This document shows, one piece after another, positions 13,320 through 25,314 of a stretch of 64,000 nt of DNA; position 1 is the first letter of the stretch, and the number at the start of each line of letters is the position of its first letter. Source of the DNA: Utricularia gibba (taxonomy: Eukaryota > Plantae > Magnoliophyta); the NCBI GenBank assembly GCA_002189035.1, contig CM007992.1, positions 1,240,001 to 1,304,000 on the forward strand, in the 5' to 3' direction. The notes beneath the pieces were generated by a model. The model was not told the origin of the DNA. It made no database searches and worked only from the letters and a program-made list of their open reading frames with translations. A program made the position numbers and the translations under genes.

Positions 13320-13933
13320 ATGGCGGCTGAAAATCCGCTGAAATCCGACGCGATCATGGAATTGATGAAACTTCATTTGTCTTCCGAAGCGGGGAAACAT
13401 CTTACAAAGAAAATTGGGCTTGTTTATCAGATGAACATCGCTCCCAAGGTCGGTTGGTGTTTCCATATCAAGCGATCAATCGGTTGTATTGAAAAATTGA
13501 TTTTCCGGCTGGTTTTCAGAAAATTGGCTTCAACGAGAAGTTCTTTGTTGTGGATTTGAAGAAGGGGAGGTTAAAGAAGGTTTGCTTTGTTACGCAATTC
13601 TATTCGTTCTTCGGCTACTTTCAGTTTCTCCTCTCATTGCATTGAAATGAGCTCGCTTTGCATTCAGGAGCATATGAAGATGGGAAACCAGATGCAACAT
13701 TCTCCTTCACTGATGATGATTTTGTGAAGATCGCCACGGGGAAAATGAACCCTCAGATTGCCTTCATGAGGTGACAGACCACCTCCCCCTTTTGCTGATC
13801 TACTTCGAAGTGCAGCCCGACTAACTGCCCTTCGTTGGAAAACAATTGCAGGGGTGCGATGAAGATCAAGGGAAGCATCAGCGCAGCACAGAAGTTCACT
13901 CCTGACATTTTCCCAAAGCCCTCCAAGATGTAA
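13320..13933 (+). CDS. SCP2: Sterol carrier protein 2 (peroxisomal), 4 exons, with an apparent 1-nt deletion in exon 2
   Basis: Exons are 13320-13448, 13520-13579, 13668-13770 and 13852-13933. The protein reads LKSDAIMELMKLHL..KKIGLVYQMNIAPK, GKPDATFSFTDDDFVKIATGKMNPQIAFMRG and ends PSKM*, a PTS1-like tripeptide. Exon 2 is 60 nt but needs 61. Confidence 0.93.
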
Positions 13934-14225
13934 CACGAAGCTGGAAAAGGGACTACTCTGGAACTTTTGAACACATCGACTGTCAACATTTGAACGTTTG
14001 TGTTCTGCCTATGCAATAAGACGACATACAAAATCAGTTTCCACGTGTCTTCACCATTACTGAAGCTTTTTAAATACATTCAAGTGAAGGGCAGTGTTTA
14101 TCTGTTTCATCTATTTTACATTCTACAGGCACTGAAAATAGTGCAATGATGATCACACAGCAGGGAGGTGAGTAGTGGCGATGACCCAACAAAGCGCCTT
14201 GGTGATGCCGGGCTGCTCATGTGGT

Positions 14226-17200
14226 TCACTCGATAAGGGGAGGTGGAAGTTTCCAGTAATTCCATGTATTAAAGTCTTCCTGTGTGAATCAGGGACGAAC
14301 AGGGGAGCAAGGGGGGTCAGAGTCTACTATATCAACAGGGCAAGAGATGGATCCAGACCACTTTGATCATTTCAATCAAAAAGATAGCAAACCTGTTCGC
14401 AAGATGCATTGGTGGGAAACATGCCATGTACAAGAGAGTGAAGAGACAAGTATGACTTGGTGTCGATTCGGCGGTTTACGACGATCTCACCCTGCACAAC
14501 CATTTCAGAAAGAATCCAACACGGTACAGTATTGTAAGTCCGGGAAGCATTTCTAGGATGAGCAAGGTAACTCTCAGAGATGCACCTTTGGGTTTATGAT
14601 GAAAATCTTTCCCTTTGGTATTCCGACCTTAAGGTAGCTGAACTCATCAGTGTCCCTGTTTCCAAAACCAGCATAGAAAGGATTCCTATCAGCAGGAAAC
14701 AATGCTTTGATCTCCTGAAAAAGAAATGCACAACAACTCAGATTTACTTGAAAGGTCAACCATGAAAACTAACAGTTTATGCCAACAGTCATTCTTTTGA
14801 AAATAATCGATACACTAACCTCCAAACAAGCGATTTTGAATTCATGGGGAGCTCTCCTGATCACTGCAAATTCAAAGTGCACGGAGAAATGTAAGCTTTC
14901 CTTTCTTTAAAAAGCGAAAAGCATGAGTTAAATAAAAATGAATGACCAAATATTATGAAGAGTGATGTGATGCTAAGGGATACATTCCCACAAATGAGCA
15001 TTGACCAATTCCAATCATGGGTAAATGCACCAAGAATTATACACAAGAAACAAATGATTATAGACAAGAAACACAGGACTAGTAGGGAATTAAACAGGGA
15101 CCTTCTCGGAATAGGGAAGGAAAGAGCCCATCTGGGGAGATGACAACAGGCCCTTCCGGCAATGCTTTGCCATCCTGAACTTAAAAAAAAGGCAGTTAGA
15201 AGCCAACAAGAGGTGATGACCCAAAACACAACATACGGGGTAGTACAACGTCTAAGGCATACTTTGACAAAAGAAGCAAAAAACTTCACTGTTTCATCAG
15301 GAAAACAGAATAAATTCTACAGTAGATTAACTCCCGGAAAGGATTTAAATTTTTCTTCATTGTGTACCTGTTTTATGTTGAGAAGAAACTGCCGTGTATG
15401 GAATGACTGAGCAATTGAACGAGCGCTAAGGAAGAGCAGTTGATATCCGTTCTCCTGCACCATGCAAGGAGCAACTTGGAATAGACTGACCATGCTTATA
15501 TATTCTTGACATTGAATCTATTTCAAATGCCGAACAGTGTATGGTATTTCTAACACAGCCACGCACTTTACAAAAAACGGACCTTGATTGCTGAAAAAAG
15601 ATGTGCGACACCCGACTGTGACCAATCCATACCAACCAAAGGCATTACCTGACCGAGTAGATCTGACCTATAACAATAAATTTTAATGGGACAGATAAGA
15701 GAAAATGAACAAGATAGTCAAGAGGACTTAATGGGATTCTGATTTCACAGATGCAGCAAATGCAATCAAAGCAGCATGAAATACAAGAAATCATGCAAAG
15801 GATTACAAACATAATTTCAGTATAGAAGCAATTGTCTAAGGATTATAAAAACTACATAAGACATCGGGAATAACAAAGGGACCAATTTGATAATTCAGCC
15901 AATGCTCAAGTAGGCTTGACAGCATTATTTCAATAATCATGGCTTATCACTAAGATCACTTTCTCACACATTCATCACAGCAAGATTAAGCAATATAACC
16001 GGTATAATTCAGCAGGGTAGGTTTACCGAGTAATGGTTCCATCCACATCGGAAATAACTATTTGAGTGTCCCATCTCCAGAGAAAAATCCTAGCATCAAC
16101 CTGAATAAAAAAAAAAAGTGAGACAACATGGTATATAACATATACACAGAGATAAACTAGAGCAATTCAGAGGCGCAACCTGCTGCTTGCCCAGCATGGC
16201 TGTAGAGAAAGTGAAGGTGACTAAATTCTTCCCTTGTTGCAATTTTAAAGAGGCCAGCTGTTCAGATGTTGGAGTAAGTGTCCGGACAAGCCTCTTCCTT
16301 GTATCTGCTTTGCCCCTGTCCTTCCGAGACTCCAGACTTCCTACCCCATTGGTAGATTCTATGCAGTTATCATTCCCAAAAGAAGTGTTTTTGCTTCTTG
16401 ATCTCTTAAACGAGAGAGAAAAACTTCTTTTTGTACTTCCTCTGGAAGGGCTCGAGTCATTAGGAGAATTTTCTGAAACGCCTGTAATTAGCCAACGCCA
16501 CAATATGATCAATGCAAGATCATTATCCATAAAAAAACAGAGAAGTGATGTTTCCTGATAATAGTAAATGAGAGGACAAAATAAAATCTAATACCAGTGG
16601 AAGAATTCACAGGGACCTCCTTGTGCTCCATGATTCCCTCAGTTAATCCTGTTTGTGAACCAGGTGTTATATGATGATTGTATCTGACACCTATGTCAAG
16701 ATCACTTGCTTTGAGATTGTTCCTGACAAATCCACTGGTAGGCAAAGATGTTCCTAAGATATCTTTGGATTCAACTTGGTCGATTTTGTTAATGTAACCA
16801 TCACTCCACACGTGTCTTAGCCTTCTTCCATCATGATTTACATCATGAATTCTTTCATCTATACTCGACTGTCCTGATGAAGACACGGAACACAAAGTTG
16901 CATCAGCTTCTTTTCCCTCACAGTGCTTTAGCTCCAGATCGCTCACACAACTGTAGCCAATGTCATCTGAATAGCCAGATAAGGTTTGCTCTTAAACTAG
17001 GAACAATTCAAAAGATTGAAGTGTGAAAAACAAAATAAGGGCCAGAACTAGACGTACCAGCAAGTTCATCGCCAGAAAAAACTTCTTTAAAAGATGGACA
17101 GGTGACAATTTTCTCTGATACATTGTCCTTGCAAAAAATATTTGACGGGTTGATGGGAGCTAATTTCTGTGAAAAGTTTTCAGTAATTAAGGTATCTGAA

Positions 17201-18464
17201 CAACCATCAGCATATCCTTCACTTGTACTGATCCCTTCCTCGCAATGAAAAATCGCTTGGCCACCTTGCTCCAATAAAACCTCACAGTGTACTTGTAGTT
17301 CCTGGGTGTCCATGAGATTTTCTACTGTTTCGTAATTCTCAGAGCTTAAAGTATTACTCATACTCTGTAAATTACTGGTTTTACCACATACATCTTCATA
17401 TTCAGCATATGACTTATTTTGTTGTTCAACTGTTCCATCAAGCCCAAGCTGTGGAGGGTCTAAATCTTCAAAACTGTACTGGGTGTGATCCACAGCCCCA
17501 TTCTCATCAGAGAAGCAGGTCTTAGAAAGCTTATCATCAGAGCCTTCAGTTTGAAAATGAGGTTGTCGGACCCCCAAGACTTTTCCCACAGAATATACAT
17601 GACTCTCTGTCTGGACTACGTTTAGTTTATCACAAGATGATTCTGGAGAATCAGATTTAGTACGATCCTTAGCATTATCAATGCATACCCAGAATCAACT
17701 TGGGAAGATAAGCAGTTGGCTTCAAAAACAGTTTCCTTAACAGAAATAACATCTGATTCACTATGATTACAGCAGCCACTATCTAAACCATCACTCGCTT
17801 CAACCTTATTCTCTACAGAAGAAAGCCGTGAAGCATTATCTTTGTTGCTCGGGGATGAAGCAAGGTTAGTGGACCATTTCAAGTCAAGGAGATTAGCTGC
17901 AATCTCAGCTCGCTCCAGGGAATTTGCCCTAGAAACATCGCATGATTTTTCTTCACCTTGAATTCTTTCGACCTCCATTGTTCTCTTCCTCCCAAAAATG
18001 AGGCCTAATCTAGGATAAGGGAGCGCACTGTTCCCTTCTACAGACTTCTTCCCGGGGCCATTTGCATCAGAAAAACCAGCATCATAGTTGCAACTTTTTG
18101 ACTTCAAACGCCACTCATTCTCAGGTTGACCATCTGTTTCCTCGCCGGAAGAGGTGGGTGGAGAACAAAAAGACACCCCTTCTTCCACATCAACCTCCAT
18201 CAAAAAGTGCGCTTCGCCTCTGTTGTCCAAATACATGTGGAAATCCGCATCCACATCATTGACACTAATAGTAACCAACTTCTCCTTTGACTTCAGCACC
18301 CCTTGAAACTTCCCAAACCTAACATACCAGGGTGAAGATTTAAAGCTTCCATCCGGCTGTTCCACCACAATAATATCAACAGAACCACCGAACGGATGAA
18401 AGGTACCCGAAACATTATACACACTTTTACTTATATAACTACTAATCCTTCCCACAGCCTGCAT
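14226..18464 (-). CDS. PAH2: Phosphatidate phosphatase (lipin), PAH2-like, multi-exon, with an apparent 1-nt deletion near 17689
   Basis: The N-Lip start reads [59 protein letters not shown]-Lip exons carry the catalytic ISDVDGTIT, then [25 protein letters not shown] and [11 protein letters not shown]. The last exon is [17 protein letters not shown] with the stop at 14226-14228. Confidence 0.93.
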
Positions 18465-18923
18465 CCTAAACAAACGAATAACATCAATTCTACTCCTCCT
18501 CCTTTCACCTCCTCCGACTCATCTCCCGATTGACATGAAACAACCCAGATCACCAGAAAGTTGATGAAAACTTAAAACTTTTAGAAACCCAGAAGACGAT
18601 CCGCAAAACTCCAATCTCCCAATCGAGATGAAACAATAATCCCAAAGAAATGGTAAGGTTAACAGGTTATCAGAAAAACACCTGAAAACGCCATCAATCC
18701 TGCGTGAGGGCGCGGCGCGTATTACTTAAATGCTGATCGATCGCAGATTGAAGAAGAGAGAGAGACACAAACCCAAATGCATAGAACACGCAACATACAG
18801 AAAAAAACCGCTGGATGATGGGTGTAGCTTGTCATCCATCGCCCAGGGGAAGCATATTCTCTGCAATTATTCCAATTCGGAAGCAATGATTTAGACACCT
18901 AAAATATGCAAATCAACAGCAAA

Positions 18924-18948
18924 CAAAACAAAACAAAACAAAACAAAA
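18924..18948. repeat. (CAAAA)5 pentanucleotide microsatellite upstream of PAH2
   Basis: Read directly from the sequence. Confidence 0.9.
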
Positions 18949-19559
18949 AACACCATGTTACATTTCCATTCGTCTAAACTCAAAACCACCCACACCCCAT
19001 AAATTCCTCCTGACTCCAGAGCCTTCTCAACATTACAAGATTGTATTTTCTTTTTTTTTTTTTACAAAGTGATTATAGAAAAGTAAATTATATTTAGTTG
19101 TTATTGCTTATTATTTAGTAAAAATATATTTTATGTTTAATTATTAATTTAACTCTCAAGGAATTCTTACTATGTTTTGTAATGTTGTATTTTCACCTTG
19201 ATTAGCTGAATTTCATGTAAATTGACCTTTATTATAATAAATACAAATTTATTGTATGAAATTTTATAAAAATTATTGTAATAATGTAGAAATTGGAGAC
19301 ACTTATTGGATTAATAAAAATAGAAATAATAATCATAATAAAGCCAAAAATGTTGGACAAAGAAAAAGGAGGATGACTCGACTCGAGTCCTGAATTGGTC
19401 GTTAGTGTCTAAATCACTGGACTGGAGATGGGTGGATGACATCATCCTCGATCGGACCCTTTTTTGTGTCAATTTGACACGTAAGTAGGTGTCCTTAAAT
19501 TGATAAAATATAGGTCTCAATTTAAAGTTCTTTATTTATTATATCGTGGTACACATCAG

Positions 19560-19631
19560 GGTTCCATGGTGTAGTGGTTAGCACTTCGGACTTTGAATCC
19601 GGCGACCTGGGTTCGACTCCCGGTGGGACCT
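19560..19631 (+). tRNA. trnQ-UUG: tRNA-Gln, anticodon TTG
   Basis: The sequence is GGTTCCATGGTGTAGTGGTTAGCACTTCGGACTTTGAATCCGGCGACCTGGGTTCGACTCCCGGTGGGACCT. The acceptor stem is GGTTCCA/TGGGACC, the anticodon loop CT-TTG-AA (19591-19597), and it has the T-loop GGTTCGA plus A and B boxes. There is no intron. Confidence 0.97.
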
Positions 19632-19640
19632 CTCTAATTC

Positions 19641-19645
19641 TTTTT
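19641..19645 (+). terminator. Pol III oligo-T terminator of the tRNA-Gln
   Basis: TTTTT begins 10 nt after the tRNA 3' end. Confidence 0.75.
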
Positions 19646-20450
19646 GTTGAAATTCCAAACAAAGTTATTTTTATTGTATTTTAAAATTATATTTATAGTT
19701 ATATGCCAATAATGTGTATATAAATCAGTATTTTAAATTGTCAAAAAAATCACAAATAATTTGAAAAAATATTTATGTGATGGGAGAGTTGAAAATCAAG
19801 ATTAATTTTTCGTTTTTTAAAAAAAATCAATATTTTTTTTGTAATAAAACATCATATTGTAATGAAATTATTATTTAATAATATTCTAATTGAATTTTAA
19901 TTAAATTATGATTAATTTTTTATTTTAAGAAAAATTCAAAGGATTTTTAAAACATAGAATAAATCATATAGGAAGTATTTATATTACTTAAAACTTGTTG
20001 TTATTATAAATTGTTTATAATTTATATAAATCTTTTTTTATTACTTATAAGTGATTTTAAAGTGATAATTTTAAGTTATTTATAATTTAAATTTATAAGT
20101 AAAAAAACGTATATATATTTTTTCTTATAAATTGAATTACTTATAAATTAAATCTATAAATTAAGTTACTTATAAGTTAAATTTATCAAATCAAACATTA
20201 TCACTTATAATTGAATTATGAGTTTATTAAAATAAAAATCAATAATAGTTAAAATCATCCAAAACATTGTATTGTACCCCGACTCCGATCCACAGCAGGT
20301 TGTCTTTGTTTTGCTGAGCTTGGTGGCTAGGAGTAGCGTTGTCCACACACCAAATGCCGTTGTGAATTCGATCAATTCTACTCGGTTTAGTTACCCTGGA
20401 GCTTGAAGGCGACAACATTCTCTCCGGCTGCCTCCCAGGGATATATATAT

Positions 20451-23151
20451 ATGGCTTCGTCTTCTGTCTGTACCTTGTGTTCCAGCCCCCTGCTTTTGTT
20501 CCCTGCTATTCGCCCACTAGGGTGTTCCAGAAAGGGAGATTTTTGCTGCGGATTGGAGTTTCACCTTCCTTGACTACTTGCTTGAGAGCATCTTCGAATC
20601 CCCAAATCGTGGTGACCAGAGAGCGCGGCAAAAATGGCAAACTCATTGATGTGATGGTAAGCTTGTAACAGTTAATGCCTTTGGATTTCCCTTTGATGGC
20701 GTATTTAGGTTCTCATCCCTGCAAATTGATAAATTGAGTAATGGAAAGTCTGTGCAATCTTGCTTCAAAAGGGTGTGAGTGAAGTGAACATTTGAGTAAA
20801 AGCTTGAAAAGCGGACGTTCTTCAACATTATGGCGGCTGGTAATTTGGACGGCGAATTAGTTTATGAATTTCGTTGATGGCTATATTTTACTGCTAATGT
20901 GCTTGGTGCATTGTGTGTGCTTTGACTTTGCCGCATGATTTTGTTTTACCTCATTCTGCGGTCTAGGAAAACTGGATCAACGCGTTGTCAAATTTTTAAA
21001 GTTTGAAAAGAGATGCCACATCAGAATATGATATCTTGCGAACAATGATTTCCTGCTTATAGCCCCACTATATTTTGCGGTCACCTTCTTTCTGTTCATA
21101 TTCCAATGTCTGTGGGTAATATGCTCATTGCTGAAGGGAACATTCCTATTTTTCCAAACTTTCTGGAAGCAAATTCGTAAATACTGGCATTCCTTTTGGT
21201 CACCAAAAATTCCTGTTTTCCAGACTGGGCATGGGATCCACTGTCTAGAGCTTCCCCTTATTCAGCATACTCAGTTGCCTGATGCTGATAAACTTTCTTC
21301 AGTATTGCGCTGTAAGTTATTATTTAAAATGTTTCCCTTGGATAAGATGCATTGTGATTTTAGCTGCTTGCATGTGCTGTCTTCCGAAAATTCGTTTTTT
21401 CAGTTAGTTTGCATGGTCGTGTGGGTCTTAAGGATTCTACTCCACTCTGTTGAGCATTATGGTAGATGCACCTTCTTCATTTTCGAACTTGCGTTTCCAG
21501 CATTAATGCTACTGCAAAAACTTAGGTGTTCTCGTTTTTGGCATATATGAATTTATCTGAGTATTTACGACTAGACAAGATGTCGAACTTCCAAGTCAGT
21601 AAACGAGTTTTCCTTGTTGCCTGCTGTCTAGTTTTATCTGTGTTTTGCTCTAATGGATCTTTTGTTTCCCTCTTCCCATCATTTTTTTTCTTTGCTTTTA
21701 TGTTACTGTTTTAATCTTTCCACTTTTTATACTCCTTCAAGCTGGCACAACATTTAACTGGATTGTCATAACCTCTCCTGAGGCTGCTGACGTTTTCATA
21801 GGTGCTTGGAAGTAAGGCTCAATACTCTGTTTAATTCTTGTATGCAATGCCAATACCCATGCATTCTTATCACACATCAATTCCAATGCTGATGGTGATG
21901 GCTATTTGATAGATATTCTGATTTGTAGAGCTGCAGGAACACCAGAAGTGAGGATTGCTGTGGTTGGGGCTGGAACTGCAAGTATTTTTGAGAAGCTTCC
22001 ACCGACCTTGAAACAAAACCTTCTTGGCGAGTTGTTCACGCCCTCCAGAGGTCTGTACTTTTCAATACATAGTAACAATCTCATATGTTGCAGAGCAGAT
22101 GCATCTTGTATTTTTTTCCCAGTTGAACTCAAACTATAATCTCCCTTGCATATAATGGATGATTGCTAAAAAATCAGCAACTGGGAAGACCCTGGCTGCG
22201 GAGCTTCCAGAACTTGGGGATGCAAGGTGCACCGTTTTATATCCTGCTTCAGCAAAAGCTGGCTCTGAGGTAGGTAAGTGCTAAAATCATTCCATTCCCT
22301 TGAGAAGGAACGAGATCGTAATAATTGTCACGTACTTCTACTTCTCAGAGGAGGGACTTGCAAATCGTGGATTTGAGGTTACTCGGATGAACACTTACAC
22401 AACGGTATGTTGTGCTGGCTTGACTCATATTGTAAAATGATGTGATGCACTTGAAAACGACCACAAACAAGACAGGCAGTCCAAAATGCATTGTGAAACA
22501 CGATTTGGCATGCTACTTTAACTGCAGTTTTTCCCCATCTGTAATTCCTGGGAAGCATTGTGGTGAGAATTAAAACTGGTGCCACAGGAAGTTGTTAGTT
22601 ATACGGATGAAGTGGATGTCAAACTAGCACTTGCAGCTCCAGTGGTGGCCGTAGCATCGCCCTCAGCAGTGCGGTAAGCATCTTGAAGGTTTAAGTTTGA
22701 TGTTTTATCTCATATTTCAACTGGCTTAGATACCACTAATTTCTCATCTTCTAGTGCCTGGACCAGTTTAATACCAAAACATCAGGAATGGGATAATGCA
22801 GTTGCGTGTATAGGGGAGACAACTGCAGTTGCTGCAAAAAAGCTGGGCTTAAGGAATGTGTTCTTTCCCAAAAACCCTGGGTTTGACGGGTAATCAAGCC
22901 AACTGCATTCTTTAGCACAAAGTTCCTAGGTTTGAGGGAATGCATGTCCTAGGCTTGCGTCAAGACTGATGTGATGAAATACATTTATATAAAGATATGG
23001 CTAGGTGCATATTTGGAATTGCATTTTTTCATGGAGAAATGAATATCTACTGAGACCCTGCCATGCTCATGTCGTCTTCTCCAGGTGGGTTGATAGCATT
23101 TTGGAAGCACTGGGAGCCCAGAATCACTTGCACAAGGAATCAACCAAATGA
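20451..23151 (+). CDS. UROS: Uroporphyrinogen-III synthase, plastid-targeted, 9 exons, with an apparent 1-nt deletion in the transit-peptide exon
   Basis: Exon peptides include SNPQIVVTRERGKNGKLI, CLELPLIQH, WIVITSPEAA, VGAGTASIF, VLYPASAKAG, GFEVTRMNTYTT, VAVASPSAV, ACIGETTA and WVDSILEAL. The only plausible ATG (20451) is one base out of frame with the conserved frame, and a C5 run lies at 20486-20490. Confidence 0.9.
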
Positions 23152-24141
23152 AGGCAGGTCTACTTCATAGACCGTCACTAACATGCTTGCTTCAGCAGTC
23201 TTTTCCTAGTACAGCAATCACACTAGAAGGGATCACACGAAGAGTGAGGGGACATACAAAGCCCATCAAGGGGCATGCCCATGCTATCATGAACACATCA
23301 GATCAAAGAACTCTGGTATTTCACCCAGATTTCAATCGTAACAATGCATTACTACAAACACAAGTTACCCGGTCTATGACCCCTTGACCCACAGGATGAA
23401 ATACATCTTCCATTTGCCTGTGCTGTTACCTCACATATCCTGCACAAAACTATCAATGGTTTATGGATTCTATGTTATCCTTTCTGATGAAGCTGGCGTA
23501 GGCCAGCACTTGAATCTTGATTGTTGAAAAGGAGCATAAGCTAGGGAAGTTTGATCCTTTTCTTGTGGTGTTTTCGACACAAGGTAGTGACAGCAGGTAC
23601 CCTTATCGTATACATATTTGACCAAGAGACTATGTGACAAAAAAGGTTCCTTTGGGGCTTTCCTTTTCCACCAACACCTACACCAATAGCTTCTTTTGCG
23701 GAGCAGAGTGGAGGACAACAAACTTACACCCCATGGCTGGTGGTCCCCATTGCCTGAGCAGAGCTTCTCATTTTCTCCCTCGTTAATGGTGGGAAAACAA
23801 AAACAATAAGTTGTATCCCGGAATGCTAGACTTCAAGCACAAGGATACTTGTGAGGTGCTATAGCCTTCATGAGAACAACTGCATGGATCAGGGAGCAAC
23901 TGCGTCCACTGGATTCATCAAAATTATTTACAGAATGCGATCATGAGAGAAATCCTTGATTACTGGTGTAACCATGTACAAGATGATAAACAATAAATGT
24001 GATTGCATAGCTCAAACACCCATGAGAATATGTTTCCAGGTTTTTATTCCTTGTGGTAGATCTTGCTGTGTTTGGTTGAAGTTTCAACTGTATTCTAGTG
24101 AGACAGTGGCCAACTTAATGACTGAATGAGGTAGCCTATTT

Positions 24142-25314
24142 CTACCAGAAGTCTCTGCAGGAGCATCTTCCATCCTTGAAATGATGAAACCTCTTATTAT
24201 CTCTTATAATAAACTCACGCTTCTCTAAGCCTGAAAGAATCTTGATGAAGTTGTGGCAATCCCCACAAATTCTCAAGTTCTTTATGACCCTAAGTGGTGT
24301 GCCTGGAGCAGTGCTGATAAGGCCACATGCTATTGCTATTCTTTCGCTGTGGTAAAGGAGAGTTCTCTCCTTCTCTTCCTCATCAAGGTCATGGAGAACA
24401 TATCTCGTATCAGGGACGTAGCCAGCCTTTCTGGCCGCATTATTCAAGGACCAGATCTTCTCATACACCATCTTTCTATGGTTAGGCTTGAGGTTCCCAT
24501 TTACTTTCCTGTTTTTACTATGTCTAACTTCCACAGGCTGTACCTGATTTTCACGTTTCATTATTGATTCCGCAGGTATCTCTGTATCTACTGTTTCTCC
24601 CCTGCAGTTTCTCATAAGATTGGCATAGCATTCACGATGTTCCTCAGAAGGAACGATTCCAAAATCTCTACTCATTGATCTGAAATATGCTTCTCCTTCC
24701 TCCACTTTTCCCAGAAGTTGGCATGCTTTTAAAGCTCCAAGGAAGGCATTTTCATCTGGAAGTATCCCTGGTTGCTGCAGCATTCTGGTAAAAGCATCAA
24801 GCGCTACTTCTCCTTGGCCATGATCTACCAGACCCATTATCAGTTTGCACCATGAATCAACATTCTGGCAAGGCATCTGCTCGAATACTCGACCGGCTCG
24901 AGCATAGTACCCCAACCTAAAGTACATGTCCATAAGATCATTGAAGATGTCAACTGAGTAATAGGGAGAATACCGAACCAGGTACTCATAGATTCTATCT
25001 CCTTCCTGTAGATTTACACTCATTTCCACAAGTTGAGAAACTTTGCTCGACTCTGCTACAGACCCATTTCGGCCCATCTCTTCCAATGCTTCAAGAGCTG
25101 AGTTCACATCTCCCTTTCCGCAGAAATGCATCAAATCTGTGTCCCCACGAGCCACCTGATGGATTTCTTGCCGAGCCAGTTTTGCGGTAGACTTGATGCT
25201 CTGCTGTGGAATCCCGAATGCACGGCTGGAAGATGCGAAACCCATGGAAGCAGAAGCCGCAGCCAGGGCTGCACTCGGAGGAAAACCCATGAGGCACTTT
25301 TGATCTCTCAGCAT
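24142..25314 (-). CDS. DYW1: Short intronless PPR-DYW protein of the DYW1/DYW2/MEF8 subfamily (organelle C-to-U editing deaminase), closest to DYW1 by recall
   Basis: It has a few PPR-like repeats, a PG-box GYVPDT, the zinc motifs HSE and CGDC, then HNFIKILS and RDNKRFHHF, ending DFW. The N-terminus is Ala/Ser-rich like a transit peptide. The first in-frame ATG is at 25314, with an alternative at 25290. Confidence 0.85.
   Translation of the reverse strand: MLRDQKCLMGFPPSAALAAASASMGFASSSRAFGIPQQSIKSTAKLARQEIHQVARGDTDLMHFCGKGDVNSALEALEEMGRNGSVAESSKVSQLVEMSVNLQEGDRIYEYLVRYSPYYSVDIFNDLMDMYFRLGYYARAGRVFEQMPCQNVDSWCKLIMGLVDHGQGEVALDAFTRMLQQPGILPDENAFLGALKACQLLGKVEEGEAYFRSMSRDFGIVPSEEHRECYANLMRNCRGETVDTEIPAESIMKRENQVQPVEVRHSKNRKVNGNLKPNHRKMVYEKIWSLNNAARKAGYVPDTRYVLHDLDEEEKERTLLYHSERIAIACGLISTAPGTPLRVIKNLRICGDCHNFIKILSGLEKREFIIRDNKRFHHFKDGRCSCRDFW

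Noticed and set aside
19560-20451. Dicistronic tRNA-mRNA or tRNA-snoRNA unit with UROS
   Set aside because: A T5 terminator follows the tRNA directly, and about 650 bp of extremely AT-rich DNA separates it from the UROS leader.
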